In this document: positions 47,645 to 57,441 of the stretch, piece by piece
Numbering within the stretch: the first letter of the stretch is position 1
Layout: the number at the start of each line of letters is the position of its first letter
Position numbers and translations under genes: made by a program
IMG/VR virus record: IMGVR_UViG_3300017912_002752
DNA from: a virus
Lineage: Duplodnaviria; Caudoviricetes
Reading direction: 5' to 3' (one strand)
DNA length: 64,000 bases
The notes under the pieces: model-generated
What the model was told of the DNA's origin: nothing
Database searches by the model: none
The model's input: only the letters and a program-made list of their open reading frames with translations

Positions 47645-49003
47645 TTAAAAATCTATATCACCCGACATTTCTTTATATTTTTGCGCTAATTCTTTTCTTA
47701 CTAAACTCTCCCCTTGTTTCATCTGGTTAGTGGTTCTTTTACCATCAATGGAATCGTCATTATAAATGTGAATTTGCCCTGTCGAGAAGTTTGCTTTAGA
47801 TGGGAATGTCATTCCATCAGGCCCAAACCTATTTTTTATTACATGCCATCTACCCGTACCTGCGAGTTTATCTTCTATTTTTCGAGATAAAGATACAACA
47901 AAATCTGCGGTCATCATTTTAGAAAACGAACCTGCGATTTTTGTACCTGTAATGATGTCATCTTCTGCACCACTTCTATTGATTTGTGATGCCGTATAAA
48001 CAGGTACCTCGTACTCACCTGCCATACCACGAAGGTCTTCAATGATTTCTTCTAACTCTTCGTGTCTTTTTTCTTTTGTTGGTCCTCTTAATAAGTCTGC
48101 ATAATCGACAATAACTACATCAGGTCTTTTACCTTGTAGAATCATCTTGTCCATATGTGCTTTTAATGAAGTTACACTAGCGGTTTTAGTAGGATAATGT
48201 TTTACCACCAAGTCACCTGATACATTCTCAACCGACTTTTTTACATCTTCCATGTTGTATTTAAGATTACCAACTGCTACACCACTTAATACTGCATCGT
48301 ATCGTTGACCAACATAACCTTCGTTTAGTTCTAATGTATAATGTGCTACTATTTTACCTTTTTTCATAGCATTGACGCCAATATTAACTAATGACCAAGA
48401 TTTACCGATACCAGGTGGTGCAGCGAATAAAATTAATTCACCTTTTCCAAAACCACCTTGAGTAATTTCATCAATAACTTGCCAACCAGTAGATACTACA
48501 TTTCTTACAGTATCTTCGTATCTTTCAACAATCATAGATTTGTATTCATGTCCAATATCAGAATCTTGACCTGCTTTCATTGCGGTATCAATATTCTTTT
48601 TGATTTGGTCATACTTACCATTTTCTAATAATGGTACTGAATCCAAGATTGCGTTTTTGATAGATTGATTCTTACAGAAATCAAGAACTTGTTCTTTTAC
48701 AAACTCCAAATCATCACTTTCTAAATGATTCCAAGCAAACTTTAGTGTATCTACTACCGATGTTTTTAATACATCTCGTTCTATGGTATTTATTTTAACT
48801 TTGAGAACATCCAAGGTTGGCATTTTCTCAAAATCATCAAAATACTTTAGGATTGTTTTTACCAACCACTCAGATGATTCAGAATCAAAATATTCTGGCT
48901 TCATAATATCATAAATCTGCCTTGTAAAAGACCTATCTGATAATATGGAAGATATTACTTTGTTCTGAAATGAGGTGCTGAATTTACTTCCTAATTTTTC
49001 CAT
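47645..49003 (-). CDS. replicative DNA helicase (DnaB/gp41-like)
   Basis: APPGIGKS, TLEL, VDYADL, TASQINR, KNRFG. Confidence 0.92.
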   Translation of the reverse strand: MEKLGSKFSTSFQNKVISSILSDRSFTRQIYDIMKPEYFDSESSEWLVKTILKYFDDFEKMPTLDVLKVKINTIERDVLKTSVVDTLKFAWNHLESDDLEFVKEQVLDFCKNQSIKNAILDSVPLLENGKYDQIKKNIDTAMKAGQDSDIGHEYKSMIVERYEDTVRNVVSTGWQVIDEITQGGFGKGELILFAAPPGIGKSWSLVNIGVNAMKKGKIVAHYTLELNEGYVGQRYDAVLSGVAVGNLKYNMEDVKKSVENVSGDLVVKHYPTKTASVTSLKAHMDKMILQGKRPDVVIVDYADLLRGPTKEKRHEELEEIIEDLRGMAGEYEVPVYTASQINRSGAEDDIITGTKIAGSFSKMMTADFVVSLSRKIEDKLAGTGRWHVIKNRFGPDGMTFPSKANFSTGQIHIYNDDSIDGKRTTNQMKQGESLVRKELAQKYKEMSGDIDF

Positions 49004-49009
49004 ATGATA

Positions 49010-49041
49010 CTAATATACATAATTTTTTTTAAATAAACAAA
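49010..49041 (-). promoter_or_regulatory. Bacteroidota-type promoter
   Basis: TTTG-N20-TATATTAG. Confidence 0.7.
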
Positions 49042-49043
49042 CA

Positions 49044-49589
49044 TTAGTCTAATAAAATTGGTGGGTGATAGATATATCCTGCTTTCCTAGCATTTATGTG
49101 TTTTTCCATAGGAAATTTAGAATTCTTACAATATAACCCATCTGCATTTAGTTTCCATTCATCTAAGTTCAATTTGTTTCCATCTTTAACAAAGTGATTA
49201 GAAACTTGATATGCTTTTATTTCTTCTTCAGGTTTCCCCGTCTTACAATACTCATGTATTGCCCATAACTTTTCATAAAATGTTATATCAACATAAAGAT
49301 GTAAATCAAATGAAATTCTAAGTATGTCTTCCATTACTGATTTTATCTTTGTAGGATTATACTTACCTATTAGTAATAAGTCAATATCCCAAGACATCCA
49401 ATTTTCAAGAGTTCCACCCACTACATATAATTTAAAATCACTAAGGTCAGAACATTCGTTTTTTATTCGACTTACTAATGTTTTAAATAATGGATGTTTA
49501 GTACCACCAATTGCATACCAATTGGTTTCTTTAAACTTGTGATATTCAATCGTTCCTTGAAATAATTCAGTTGCGTAATGGTTATGCAT
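49044..49589 (-). CDS. Pol-beta-superfamily nucleotidyltransferase-like protein
   Basis: LYVVGG...SWDIDL...YVDI. Confidence 0.55.
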   Translation of the reverse strand: MHNHYATELFQGTIEYHKFKETNWYAIGGTKHPLFKTLVSRIKNECSDLSDFKLYVVGGTLENWMSWDIDLLLIGKYNPTKIKSVMEDILRISFDLHLYVDITFYEKLWAIHEYCKTGKPEEEIKAYQVSNHFVKDGNKLNLDEWKLNADGLYCKNSKFPMEKHINARKAGYIYHPPILLD

Positions 49590-50622
49590 TCTTTATGTAA
49601 TTGTGTAATGATGTAAATGAGTTTCTTAACCAAGAATCTACATTTGCAAATGCCGTATACAGTTTATCATACATAAACATTTTTTTAAACTCTACCAAAT
49701 CCAACTGAGGACGATGTGTATCCATTAACTCTCTAACATTTGACTTTATGGATGATGATATATCAGGGTCAGCTAATTGCATAAGACCATAATTCATATT
49801 AATAGTATCTAAATTATCTTTGAGTTTTTTTGCCAACTTATCTTCACACTCTGAAGAACATTTCTCAATGAATGTGTCTAAAGAAAGGTCATTTTCAGTT
49901 AAAAACTTCATTTTGGATTCTATTGTTTTAATACCAACACCATTTACACCTTTTATGTTGTCAGATTTATCACCCATAAGAACTCTGTAAAATATCAGAT
50001 TTTGTGGAGTAACCCCATAATCCTCTATCACCTCTTTTTCGGTGTACATTTTCTTTTTAGTAGGTGTAAAAACTTTAATTCTTTGATTTACTAATTGTAA
50101 AAAGTCCTTGTCAGATGATAAAATCGTAACTTCTTTTTTAAAGTAGTGATTTGCTAAGTATGCGATGATATCATCTGCTTCAACATAATCTATATAAGTC
50201 ATTGTGATAGGTAGTATCTGTAAGTATTCAATGAGTCTCTTGAATTGATTTCTCATTGATACTTGTTGGTCTTCTAAGTCTTCATATCCTGCAAGTCTAT
50301 TCAACTTAGTTAAACCTGTTCTACCTTCCTTATATCCTTTATATACGGACTTTCTTCGGTTAGAACCACCCTTTCCATCAAAAACTATAACGACACGAGT
50401 TGGTTTTAATCTTCTAATCGTTGCAGCAGTGGACAGGAGAAAACCTGTCACACCACCACAATGTTCACCATCATCATTCAAAGCAGGAACTGCCCCAAAT
50501 ACTCTAATAAACTGATTAAGACCATCAATGATAAGAACTCTATCATCGAGTGATTCGTTTTTTACTTCGTTATGTTCTTTACTTACTTCTTTGAGTAGTT
50601 CTTTATACCTGTTATTCATCAA
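49582..50622 (-). CDS. 5'-3' exonuclease (T4 RNase H/FEN-like)
   Basis: IIDGLN, VFDG, YKEGR, EADD, SSDKD, GDKSDNIKGV. Confidence 0.92.
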   Translation of the reverse strand: MMNNRYKELLKEVSKEHNEVKNESLDDRVLIIDGLNQFIRVFGAVPALNDDGEHCGGVTGFLLSTAATIRRLKPTRVVIVFDGKGGSNRRKSVYKGYKEGRTGLTKLNRLAGYEDLEDQQVSMRNQFKRLIEYLQILPITMTYIDYVEADDIIAYLANHYFKKEVTILSSDKDFLQLVNQRIKVFTPTKKKMYTEKEVIEDYGVTPQNLIFYRVLMGDKSDNIKGVNGVGIKTIESKMKFLTENDLSLDTFIEKCSSECEDKLAKKLKDNLDTINMNYGLMQLADPDISSSIKSNVRELMDTHRPQLDLVEFKKMFMYDKLYTAFANVDSWLRNSFTSLHNYIKNA

Positions 50623-51745
50623 AATCTGTTACTTCAACATTATCGATATTTGCCTCTTCACTTGATTGTTTGTAAGCCATAATATATGAATTACAAATCT
50701 CATTGTAAATAGACTCTTTTAATTCGGGTCTTTCTTCTAATAAGTCTTCAAAGTTCTTTGCTTGAAACTTTAACTCCTCACCTGTTTCTTTATCGACATA
50801 AGTGTACCATGCACCACTTTGAGTTACCAACTTATATGTTTTCATCATTTGTAACCATGAACCATAATTGTCGATACCACTATCAAAGTAGATATCATAG
50901 TCAACTGAACGAAGAGGTGGCCCCATTCTATTCTTGATAACTTGAGCACGAGTTTTGATACCAACTACTTGGTCTACTCCACCAATTTTAGATTTAAGTT
51001 GTCCCATTGATTTTAACCTAATTCTACAAGAAGAGTGGAATGCGATTGCTTTACCACCACTTGTAGTCCAAGGGTCACCAAATGAAACACCTAATCTTGT
51101 TCTTAATTGATTTGTGAAAATTAAAGATATTCTTTCTCTACCTATAAGATTTGTAATCTTTCTCATAGCTTTAGAAATAATAATCGCTTTCTGAGTAGCA
51201 TAACCTGCTTGGTCGTAGTCTGCAGATATCTCTACTTTGGTAGATGCACCTGCGACAGAATCCACTACAATAGTTACTAGCTTTTTCTTGTCGGATGACC
51301 TTACTGATTCTATAATTGAATCAATACCTTCAAAGATATCCTCAACAGTTTCAAGTGGAACATACAACATTTTCTGAATGTCAACTCCTATCGCCTCTAA
51401 AAACTCAGTATTACAAGCGTTCTCAGTATCTATATAAACACCAAGACCACCCTTTTTCTGAGTATCTGCGATTGCGTGAGCTGCCAATAGTGATTTACCA
51501 CTTCCTTCTAAACCTGTAATTTCTGTAATACGACCTACGGGTAATCCACCATTAGGTCTGTTTGAAATTGCCAAATCTAACATCGGTGAACCTGTCGAAA
51601 CCCAACCATCAAGGTCAGTCGGCGTTTGTTCACCCCCATCCAAGAAGTAAGCCACCTTATGGGCGGACTTAAACTTCTTGTTTAGGTTATCAGCTAAGAT
51701 GGAAGATAGTTCATCACGAACTGATTCTTTCTTCTTCTTTGCCAT
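50612..51745 (-). CDS. recA: RecA/UvsX recombinase
   Basis: GLPVGRITEITGLEGSGKS, DSVA, NQLR, TSGGKA, KNR, GAWY. Confidence 0.95.
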   Translation of the reverse strand: MAKKKKESVRDELSSILADNLNKKFKSAHKVAYFLDGGEQTPTDLDGWVSTGSPMLDLAISNRPNGGLPVGRITEITGLEGSGKSLLAAHAIADTQKKGGLGVYIDTENACNTEFLEAIGVDIQKMLYVPLETVEDIFEGIDSIIESVRSSDKKKLVTIVVDSVAGASTKVEISADYDQAGYATQKAIIISKAMRKITNLIGRERISLIFTNQLRTRLGVSFGDPWTTSGGKAIAFHSSCRIRLKSMGQLKSKIGGVDQVVGIKTRAQVIKNRMGPPLRSVDYDIYFDSGIDNYGSWLQMMKTYKLVTQSGAWYTYVDKETGEELKFQAKNFEDLLEERPELKESIYNEICNSYIMAYKQSSEEANIDNVEVTDFDE

Positions 51746-51748
51746 AGA

Positions 51749-52510
51749 TTATTCGTTAAATAAGTCGTCAAACGCTTCTTTTACATTACTCGCTGGGGAA
51801 GTTGCAGTTGTAGTTTCTTTTACTTCAACTTTAGGTTCTTCTTTCTTGTCAGAAACTTCACCTGTATCCAACCATTCTTTTAACATTCCTTCCATTTCTT
51901 CATAAGAAACTTTTTTGAACATATCACCAAGAACGATTTGGTCTTTAGCGGTTTCTAATATGTTCTTGTCCTCTGAGATAGCTGATGTATTTGGTTTTAC
52001 TCTGATGTAAGTCTCAGGATAAGTTTTACCTAATTCTGCAGCAGTTTTAAATTCTACTGTTACATCTCTACCATTTACAGGGTCAGTTAAATCACCATAG
52101 TCAGGGTCAGCGAAGAATCCAAGAAGTTCTTGGTATACATTCTTACCGAATCCCCAAAACTTAACACCTTCAGACTCCTCACCTCTTACTAAGATAGGAA
52201 CATAAGTTCTCATCTTTGGAGTAAGTTTTCTTGAAAGTTGATAGTCATTTCTATCACCTGTTGCTTTCAACTTTTCTGCAAACTCTAAGATAGGGTCTGC
52301 TTCACCAAAAGAACTCGGGGAGATAATGTTTTTACCACCAAATCCAAAATGGAAATAAAGTTCGATGAACGGGTTAGAGGGATTGTGAACATAAGGAAGA
52401 ATCCTTACTTGTTGTTTGCCGGGTTGTGGTTTCCACAAGTTGTCGGTCTTTGTTACTTTTGTCTGAAGAGAGTTCAGACGATTTCTGATTGCGTTTAAAT
52501 CAATTGCCAT
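51749..52510 (-). CDS. single-stranded DNA-binding protein (gp32-like)
   Basis: LWKP, VRILP, DLTDPVNGRD, acidic tail FDDLFNE. Confidence 0.8.
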   Translation of the reverse strand: MAIDLNAIRNRLNSLQTKVTKTDNLWKPQPGKQQVRILPYVHNPSNPFIELYFHFGFGGKNIISPSSFGEADPILEFAEKLKATGDRNDYQLSRKLTPKMRTYVPILVRGEESEGVKFWGFGKNVYQELLGFFADPDYGDLTDPVNGRDVTVEFKTAAELGKTYPETYIRVKPNTSAISEDKNILETAKDQIVLGDMFKKVSYEEMEGMLKEWLDTGEVSDKKEEPKVEVKETTTATSPASNVKEAFDDLFNE

Positions 52511-52549
52511 AATTTACCTTTTTTAATTATTAATTATTTATGTTAGTCA

Positions 52550-52585
52550 CTAATATACAACATTTGGTTGACAAATCCAAATGTT
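52550..52585 (-). promoter_or_regulatory. promoter overlapped by 9-bp inverted repeat
   Basis: TTTG-N20-TATATTAG; AACATTTGG/CCAAATGTT at 52559-52585. Confidence 0.7.
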
Positions 52586-52649
52586 TTTTCATTTTTTTTA
52601 TTTTGCAGTTATCACTACTGGTATAAATATGTAAAAATATTTAATAACA

Positions 52650-53381
52650 CTATACATTCTGAACCGGCGTTGGTCGTTTCTTCGTCATGAGTAGTTTTCT
52701 TGCTGATGGTGAGAATTTTGTAAAATCCGTGTATTTAGAGTTTTGGGTGTATTTTTTAAAACCCCTATTTTTTGACTGATAATTATACAATAATCTATTG
52801 TCGTCTTCATAAGTCAAAAATATTTTTCCGTTTGATAATTCTCTTATTCTATACTCTTTATTTTTTACAGAATCTTCCCACAACCATGCTCTTTGTTCTG
52901 CCATAAAAAGCCAAGTGTCATTTTCAAATCTAAACTTTACACTATCAGAGTGTCTAAAAATTCTGTTCGTTACTTTTTTATCAAAGTTACTGCCTGCTAT
53001 AATACATTTTGTAAATGGATAGTATTGTTTTACCATATCAAGTTGTTTTTCAACTGATGATGTGATATAAATCAAATCAATAGACTCCCATTTGTTTTTG
53101 AAGTATCTGTTAAATTCTCGTGATGGTACAAATACAACATTGTTACTGAAACCTTTAAAGTTATAACTTTTATCTACTATTACAAATATTTTTGTAAAAA
53201 CATTTGAATTCATAAGTTTTGTAGTAACTTCTGGTTCATACCCTATCTGAAGTACGGATTTGTTCTGAACATAATTGTCAGGTGTATTTTCACCACTTCC
53301 TATTTGAAAGGAATCCTTATCTGAGTAGAATTTAGAAACGAATGTTATTAATTCGTCAAGACCTTTGTAACTTTTTTGCAT
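52650..53381 (-). CDS. hypothetical protein (possible degenerate methyltransferase fold)
   Basis: VLQIG and SIDLIYI loosely resemble class I MTase strands. Confidence 0.5.
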   Translation of the reverse strand: MQKSYKGLDELITFVSKFYSDKDSFQIGSGENTPDNYVQNKSVLQIGYEPEVTTKLMNSNVFTKIFVIVDKSYNFKGFSNNVVFVPSREFNRYFKNKWESIDLIYITSSVEKQLDMVKQYYPFTKCIIAGSNFDKKVTNRIFRHSDSVKFRFENDTWLFMAEQRAWLWEDSVKNKEYRIRELSNGKIFLTYEDDNRLLYNYQSKNRGFKKYTQNSKYTDFTKFSPSARKLLMTKKRPTPVQNV

Positions 53382-53386
53382 AAAAC

Positions 53387-53776
53387 TTAATTTACATTAA
53401 CAATTCTAAATAAACTTGTCTTTAATATTTTGTAACCTTCACCATCGGTTAGAATCATAGAGTTTTTATAATCTTCCCAATTAATTTTGTATGTTTTATC
53501 TTCAACACCACCATTTAGGTCCACAATCAATCTGTTTAATGCGTTGATTGTATAAATGGTATTTGATTCTTTCTTACGATGTGCCAATATAGTACTTCCT
53601 AAGAATTTTCTTTCATTGTTCGGTATGATATTATAACTAATCACCAATTCTTGTGATGGTTTTAATTTTAAAATAAATATTTTTCTACTATAAAGGATGA
53701 ATGAGTCTTGAATATTTTGTAAAACTGATTCAAATTCGGCCTCATTAGTAAATGTACATAGTAATTGCGTTCTCAC
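53387..53776 (-). CDS. conserved phage hypothetical protein
   Basis: QLLCTF...HRKKESNTIYTINALN. Confidence 0.7.
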   Translation of the reverse strand: MRTQLLCTFTNEAEFESVLQNIQDSFILYSRKIFILKLKPSQELVISYNIIPNNERKFLGSTILAHRKKESNTIYTINALNRLIVDLNGGVEDKTYKINWEDYKNSMILTDGEGYKILKTSLFRIVNVN

Positions 53777-53790
53777 CCATTCCCCTATAA

Positions 53791-55695
53791 CTATCCAATC
53801 AAAATATACTGATTTGAGTCATAATCAAAAACTTCTTTTAGTGCGTTTTTGAATACTTTGCCCATTTTTGGGTCATCTAATACTTTTTGACTTATCAATT
53901 TTTTATCTATTAGGTATTTAATCATTCCTTGTTGACCTTTACCTTTTAATCTATATTCATCTGAGTTACCAACTTTTCTTGCGTTGTCCCATTCTTTTTT
54001 AAACTCTTCTTGCTTATCAGGATTCTCAGCCATTGATAATACAAATCCTCTATACAAATTGTCAGAAGATAATTTAATAGTTCTTCTACCAGTCTTGTCA
54101 GTAAGTCCTCTGGCCATACCCATAGCCATAATAGTATCTTTTCCTAATTCAGACCTTAAAGTAGATATTTTCTTTTGGTCTTTTTTATTTTCTACGACTC
54201 TTTTAAATTCGTCTCTTGCATTTTCAAAATTATCATCGTCTAAATCAAAGGTTTGTTTTAAAGTATTGTAATCATAACCTTTTTTGATTTTACCACCTTC
54301 AAGTATTAAAGCTGCAGTTTGCTCTGATTTGGAAGCGACTTTATTTACTTCTTCATATGCTTTATCTGCCGATTTAAAATCTTCTTCAGATTTATCACTT
54401 TGAGAATCAACATGCCTTTCTATAAAGTCTTTCATAGACATATTTGATTTTTTCTGATTTGTGTTTGTAGCGGTAACAATCATATTATTACCATGTTCTC
54501 TATCTAAGTAGTTTTGCTCAGTAGGAGTTCCGTTATCATTATTATCAAACGCAACTACATGCTCTAAGTCAATATTCGCCAAATCTAATGGTAATCCTGT
54601 ATATGGGTCTTTACCACCTTGTTCTAATATGGCTCTCCAAATATATTTACCCCTATCTTTACTTGGTGGGTTTCCTCTTTTAACTTCAGGTTTACCATCT
54701 TCACCTTTTTTAATGTTTGGGTCGTTTTTGTCTGATGTCACACTACCATCTTCTCTTACATATCCTAAGAAATGTTTATTTTTACCTGCGTCACCAACCT
54801 TACCCTTACCACTTAATGCTTTCTGAAGTGAATCTGGTAACAAATCAAAAGATGAATCTACATAATTTTCACTAACTTTGATTGGTCTTGAATTATCAAC
54901 AAATTTTTCTATCTGTTCAGGAGAACCATCACCATATGATTCAATCAAGTAGTCTTTGTTTTCAGATAGGTTTTTTACATCTAAATAACCTAATCTGTTT
55001 TTTCCAATACCTGAGTTAGGTCGTCCTTCATATGTTTGACCTTTTGCGAAAATATTATTTGCGGTGTTTTTTACTTCAGGTGGTAAGTTTTTAAAAGACT
55101 CTCTTAAACTATCAAGTTCTTTTAATCTATTTACTTTTTTCTTACCCTCTAACTCCAATGCTTGTTTTTGTTGATTATCTAAGTATTTGTTAAAATCATC
55201 CAAAGAGTCTAACACCTCAGGATTAGCTACATATTCTTTTTTAAGTTCTACAAATGATTTCTCGTTATCCGATGTATCTTTTTTAGAGTCATCACCATCT
55301 TTAGCTTTTGCTTTTTCTACTTCACCCTTTGATGGAGTTGTATGTTTAGCTGGATTTGGATTTTTTACTTTATATACATTACCTGTCTTTTTATTTTTGA
55401 CATAGGTTTTTTCTTCGATATCTTGTTTTTCTTTTTTCTTTCTGAGATTGTCCTTTTCAATTGCAGTCATCATTCCAAACTTATCTATGTCTTTTTCATC
55501 ATCAGATTCGTCTTCGGATTCTCTTTGAAATTCTTGAATTAGGATGTCGGCTGATTCTTCACCAACTTCATTTAATAAATGTGAATAAAAGGATTTTATG
55601 AAATCTTCGGTATAAATACCCTCAGCCATTTTGACATCAATATCTTGCCAAACTTTCTTTAATAAGTTGTCTACTATCTGTTCGGATTTCTTCAT
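53791..55695 (-). CDS. large protein with HNH endonuclease motif
   Basis: EQGGKDPYTG...DLEHVV...NNMIV...NQKKSN at about 54440-54650. Confidence 0.7.
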   Translation of the reverse strand: MKKSEQIVDNLLKKVWQDIDVKMAEGIYTEDFIKSFYSHLLNEVGEESADILIQEFQRESEDESDDEKDIDKFGMMTAIEKDNLRKKKEKQDIEEKTYVKNKKTGNVYKVKNPNPAKHTTPSKGEVEKAKAKDGDDSKKDTSDNEKSFVELKKEYVANPEVLDSLDDFNKYLDNQQKQALELEGKKKVNRLKELDSLRESFKNLPPEVKNTANNIFAKGQTYEGRPNSGIGKNRLGYLDVKNLSENKDYLIESYGDGSPEQIEKFVDNSRPIKVSENYVDSSFDLLPDSLQKALSGKGKVGDAGKNKHFLGYVREDGSVTSDKNDPNIKKGEDGKPEVKRGNPPSKDRGKYIWRAILEQGGKDPYTGLPLDLANIDLEHVVAFDNNDNGTPTEQNYLDREHGNNMIVTATNTNQKKSNMSMKDFIERHVDSQSDKSEEDFKSADKAYEEVNKVASKSEQTAALILEGGKIKKGYDYNTLKQTFDLDDDNFENARDEFKRVVENKKDQKKISTLRSELGKDTIMAMGMARGLTDKTGRRTIKLSSDNLYRGFVLSMAENPDKQEEFKKEWDNARKVGNSDEYRLKGKGQQGMIKYLIDKKLISQKVLDDPKMGKVFKNALKEVFDYDSNQYILIG

Positions 55696-55707
55696 AACTA
55701 TAAATAT

Positions 55708-56931
55708 CTAAATATTGGCCTTAACCATATTATCATAATCTTTTCCGATTTCTAATTGTGTAGGGAATCCATCTTTTTCCATTACTCTTTTTACTTCCCT
55801 AATATAATTCTCTTCGTCTGCCGCAACATCAAATAGAATCGAATCGTATGTATATAATATAGGTATTGACTTTTGATTCAAATCGATTTTGGACAATTTG
55901 TCTAATATAAGTATGTTTCTTTCAGTTTCAAGCGCTTGTAAAACATAATTAAATAACTTATTTTTATTGAGTGAGTCGTTTATTTCTATTTTCCGGCTCA
56001 TAATTGGTGTGTTTGTGAGTCGATTACGCAAAAAGTCCATCCACATTGAGTTTATATACTCAGATGTCTTTTGAAAGAACGGAATGTGATAATACTCGTC
56101 TTCTATACCACCATATAGTTGTCTAAATGTAATTGACTTTGCTTCACTCAAATCTTTACCATACTGATTTGCCAACCATTCGTGTGCTTTGACATCTAAT
56201 GGAATGTCTATGCCAATTAGTTTTGAAATAAGTCTAATATGATATCCATCGAAATCTAATTGGCACAATTTACCATTTTCAAATCTTGATACAAATCTAC
56301 TACGAACACCATCATCTTTTTTAAGTGCCGCATAGTTTGTTCCTTTAAATGTATTGGATGGTCTTGATGTTATTGTCAATGGATTATAACGAGTATATTC
56401 ATAACCCATATTAGTATACAACCCATTCTTTTCTACCCAACCTAAACTCTTTGGATAAAGTTGTGAGAATTTAGAAATTTTTGAGTCACCAAAAATTTTC
56501 TTCCAATCTTCGAATTGTTCATAGTGTTTCCATATAGGAATCAAATCATTTGCTTTAGGTGCCTGTCGTCTTCTGAAGATAGTGTAGATGGGTTTCTCTT
56601 CTACATCAAAGTTTTTAGCTTGCCAAAATAAAGACATCTCTAAATCGTACATATTAGGTAAAAAGTCATAATGATATAAGAAGTCTTTCATACCTACTAT
56701 GTAAACTTCCTTGAAGTTATGGAACTCTACTTTTTCGTCTATTTTAGTTGCGTCTATGTTATGATAATTGATAAATAGGTCCAATGTACCATCTGATATG
56801 ATTAATGCGGATATTCGTGTATGTATAGGGTGTTTCTCTAAACTTGTAAGTATAGGGTACACCAATATCCTTTCCCTTTGGAGTTGGGATATATGTTTCC
56901 TAAGTTGTTTGTTGCTATCTACAATTTTCAT
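55708..56931 (-). CDS. compact family A DNA polymerase-like protein
   Basis: Motif A QLDFDGYHIR, motif B AKSITFRQLYGG, motif C LYTYDSILFD. Confidence 0.75.
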   Translation of the reverse strand: MKIVDSNKQLRKHISQLQRERILVYPILTSLEKHPIHTRISALIISDGTLDLFINYHNIDATKIDEKVEFHNFKEVYIVGMKDFLYHYDFLPNMYDLEMSLFWQAKNFDVEEKPIYTIFRRRQAPKANDLIPIWKHYEQFEDWKKIFGDSKISKFSQLYPKSLGWVEKNGLYTNMGYEYTRYNPLTITSRPSNTFKGTNYAALKKDDGVRSRFVSRFENGKLCQLDFDGYHIRLISKLIGIDIPLDVKAHEWLANQYGKDLSEAKSITFRQLYGGIEDEYYHIPFFQKTSEYINSMWMDFLRNRLTNTPIMSRKIEINDSLNKNKLFNYVLQALETERNILILDKLSKIDLNQKSIPILYTYDSILFDVAADEENYIREVKRVMEKDGFPTQLEIGKDYDNMVKANI

Positions 56932-56937
56932 CCGTAA

Positions 56938-56969
56938 CTAATATACGAAATATTTATGAGTTTTCCAAA
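56938..56969 (-). promoter_or_regulatory. Bacteroidota-type promoter
   Basis: TTTG-N20-TATATTAG. Confidence 0.7.
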
Positions 56970-57103
56970 TTTATATGGGTTTCAATCAAGTCTATGATTT
57001 GTAATCTTGATTTATCCATATTTGTCTCGTAGCATAGACTCCAAATGTCTGATACTAAATTCCTTAATTTTAAGTTTTCTTTTTTTAATTCTAAATTTGT
57101 CAT
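56954..57103 (-). CDS. small hypothetical protein (49 aa)
   Basis: Manual translation MTNLELKKENLKLRNLVSDIWSLCYE... Confidence 0.5.
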   Translation of the reverse strand: MTNLELKKENLKLRNLVSDIWSLCYETNMDKSRLQIIDLIETHINLENS

Positions 57104-57104
57104 A

Positions 57105-57440
57105 TTAATATCCTATAAATTCTAAGTCAATATCACTTACTAATCCTTTTTCAGCATAGTAAGAATACTCTTCGTTTAACCAATAGTTTTGAACATTATC
57201 AAGTTGGTTTATAACTTCTTCGTATAATTCTGAAGTATCATCATCACTTCCGTATGATGCTCCCCATTGGATTCCACCACAAAGTTGTATCAGTTCGTTG
57301 AGTTTATCCCAATTATTTTTATTGTTCTTAATACTAAGTAATATCTCAGCTTTCATCAATTCTGCTACTTTGTCATTGTGGTCATACATTTCTTTTGACC
57401 ATGGTTTTGTAATTTCAATTCCGTATTTCATATTTTTCAT
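57105..57440 (-). CDS. hypothetical protein
   Basis: ORF below a repeat-bearing promoter. Confidence 0.65.
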   Translation of the reverse strand: MKNMKYGIEITKPWSKEMYDHNDKVAELMKAEILLSIKNNKNNWDKLNELIQLCGGIQWGASYGSDDDTSELYEEVINQLDNVQNYWLNEEYSYYAEKGLVSDIDLEFIGY

Positions 57441-57441
57441 T

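Noticed and set aside
53791-55695. Cas9/IscB or CRISPR system
   Set aside because: Only an HNH motif is present; no RuvC motifs, no repeat-spacer array and no adjacent non-coding space for a guide RNA
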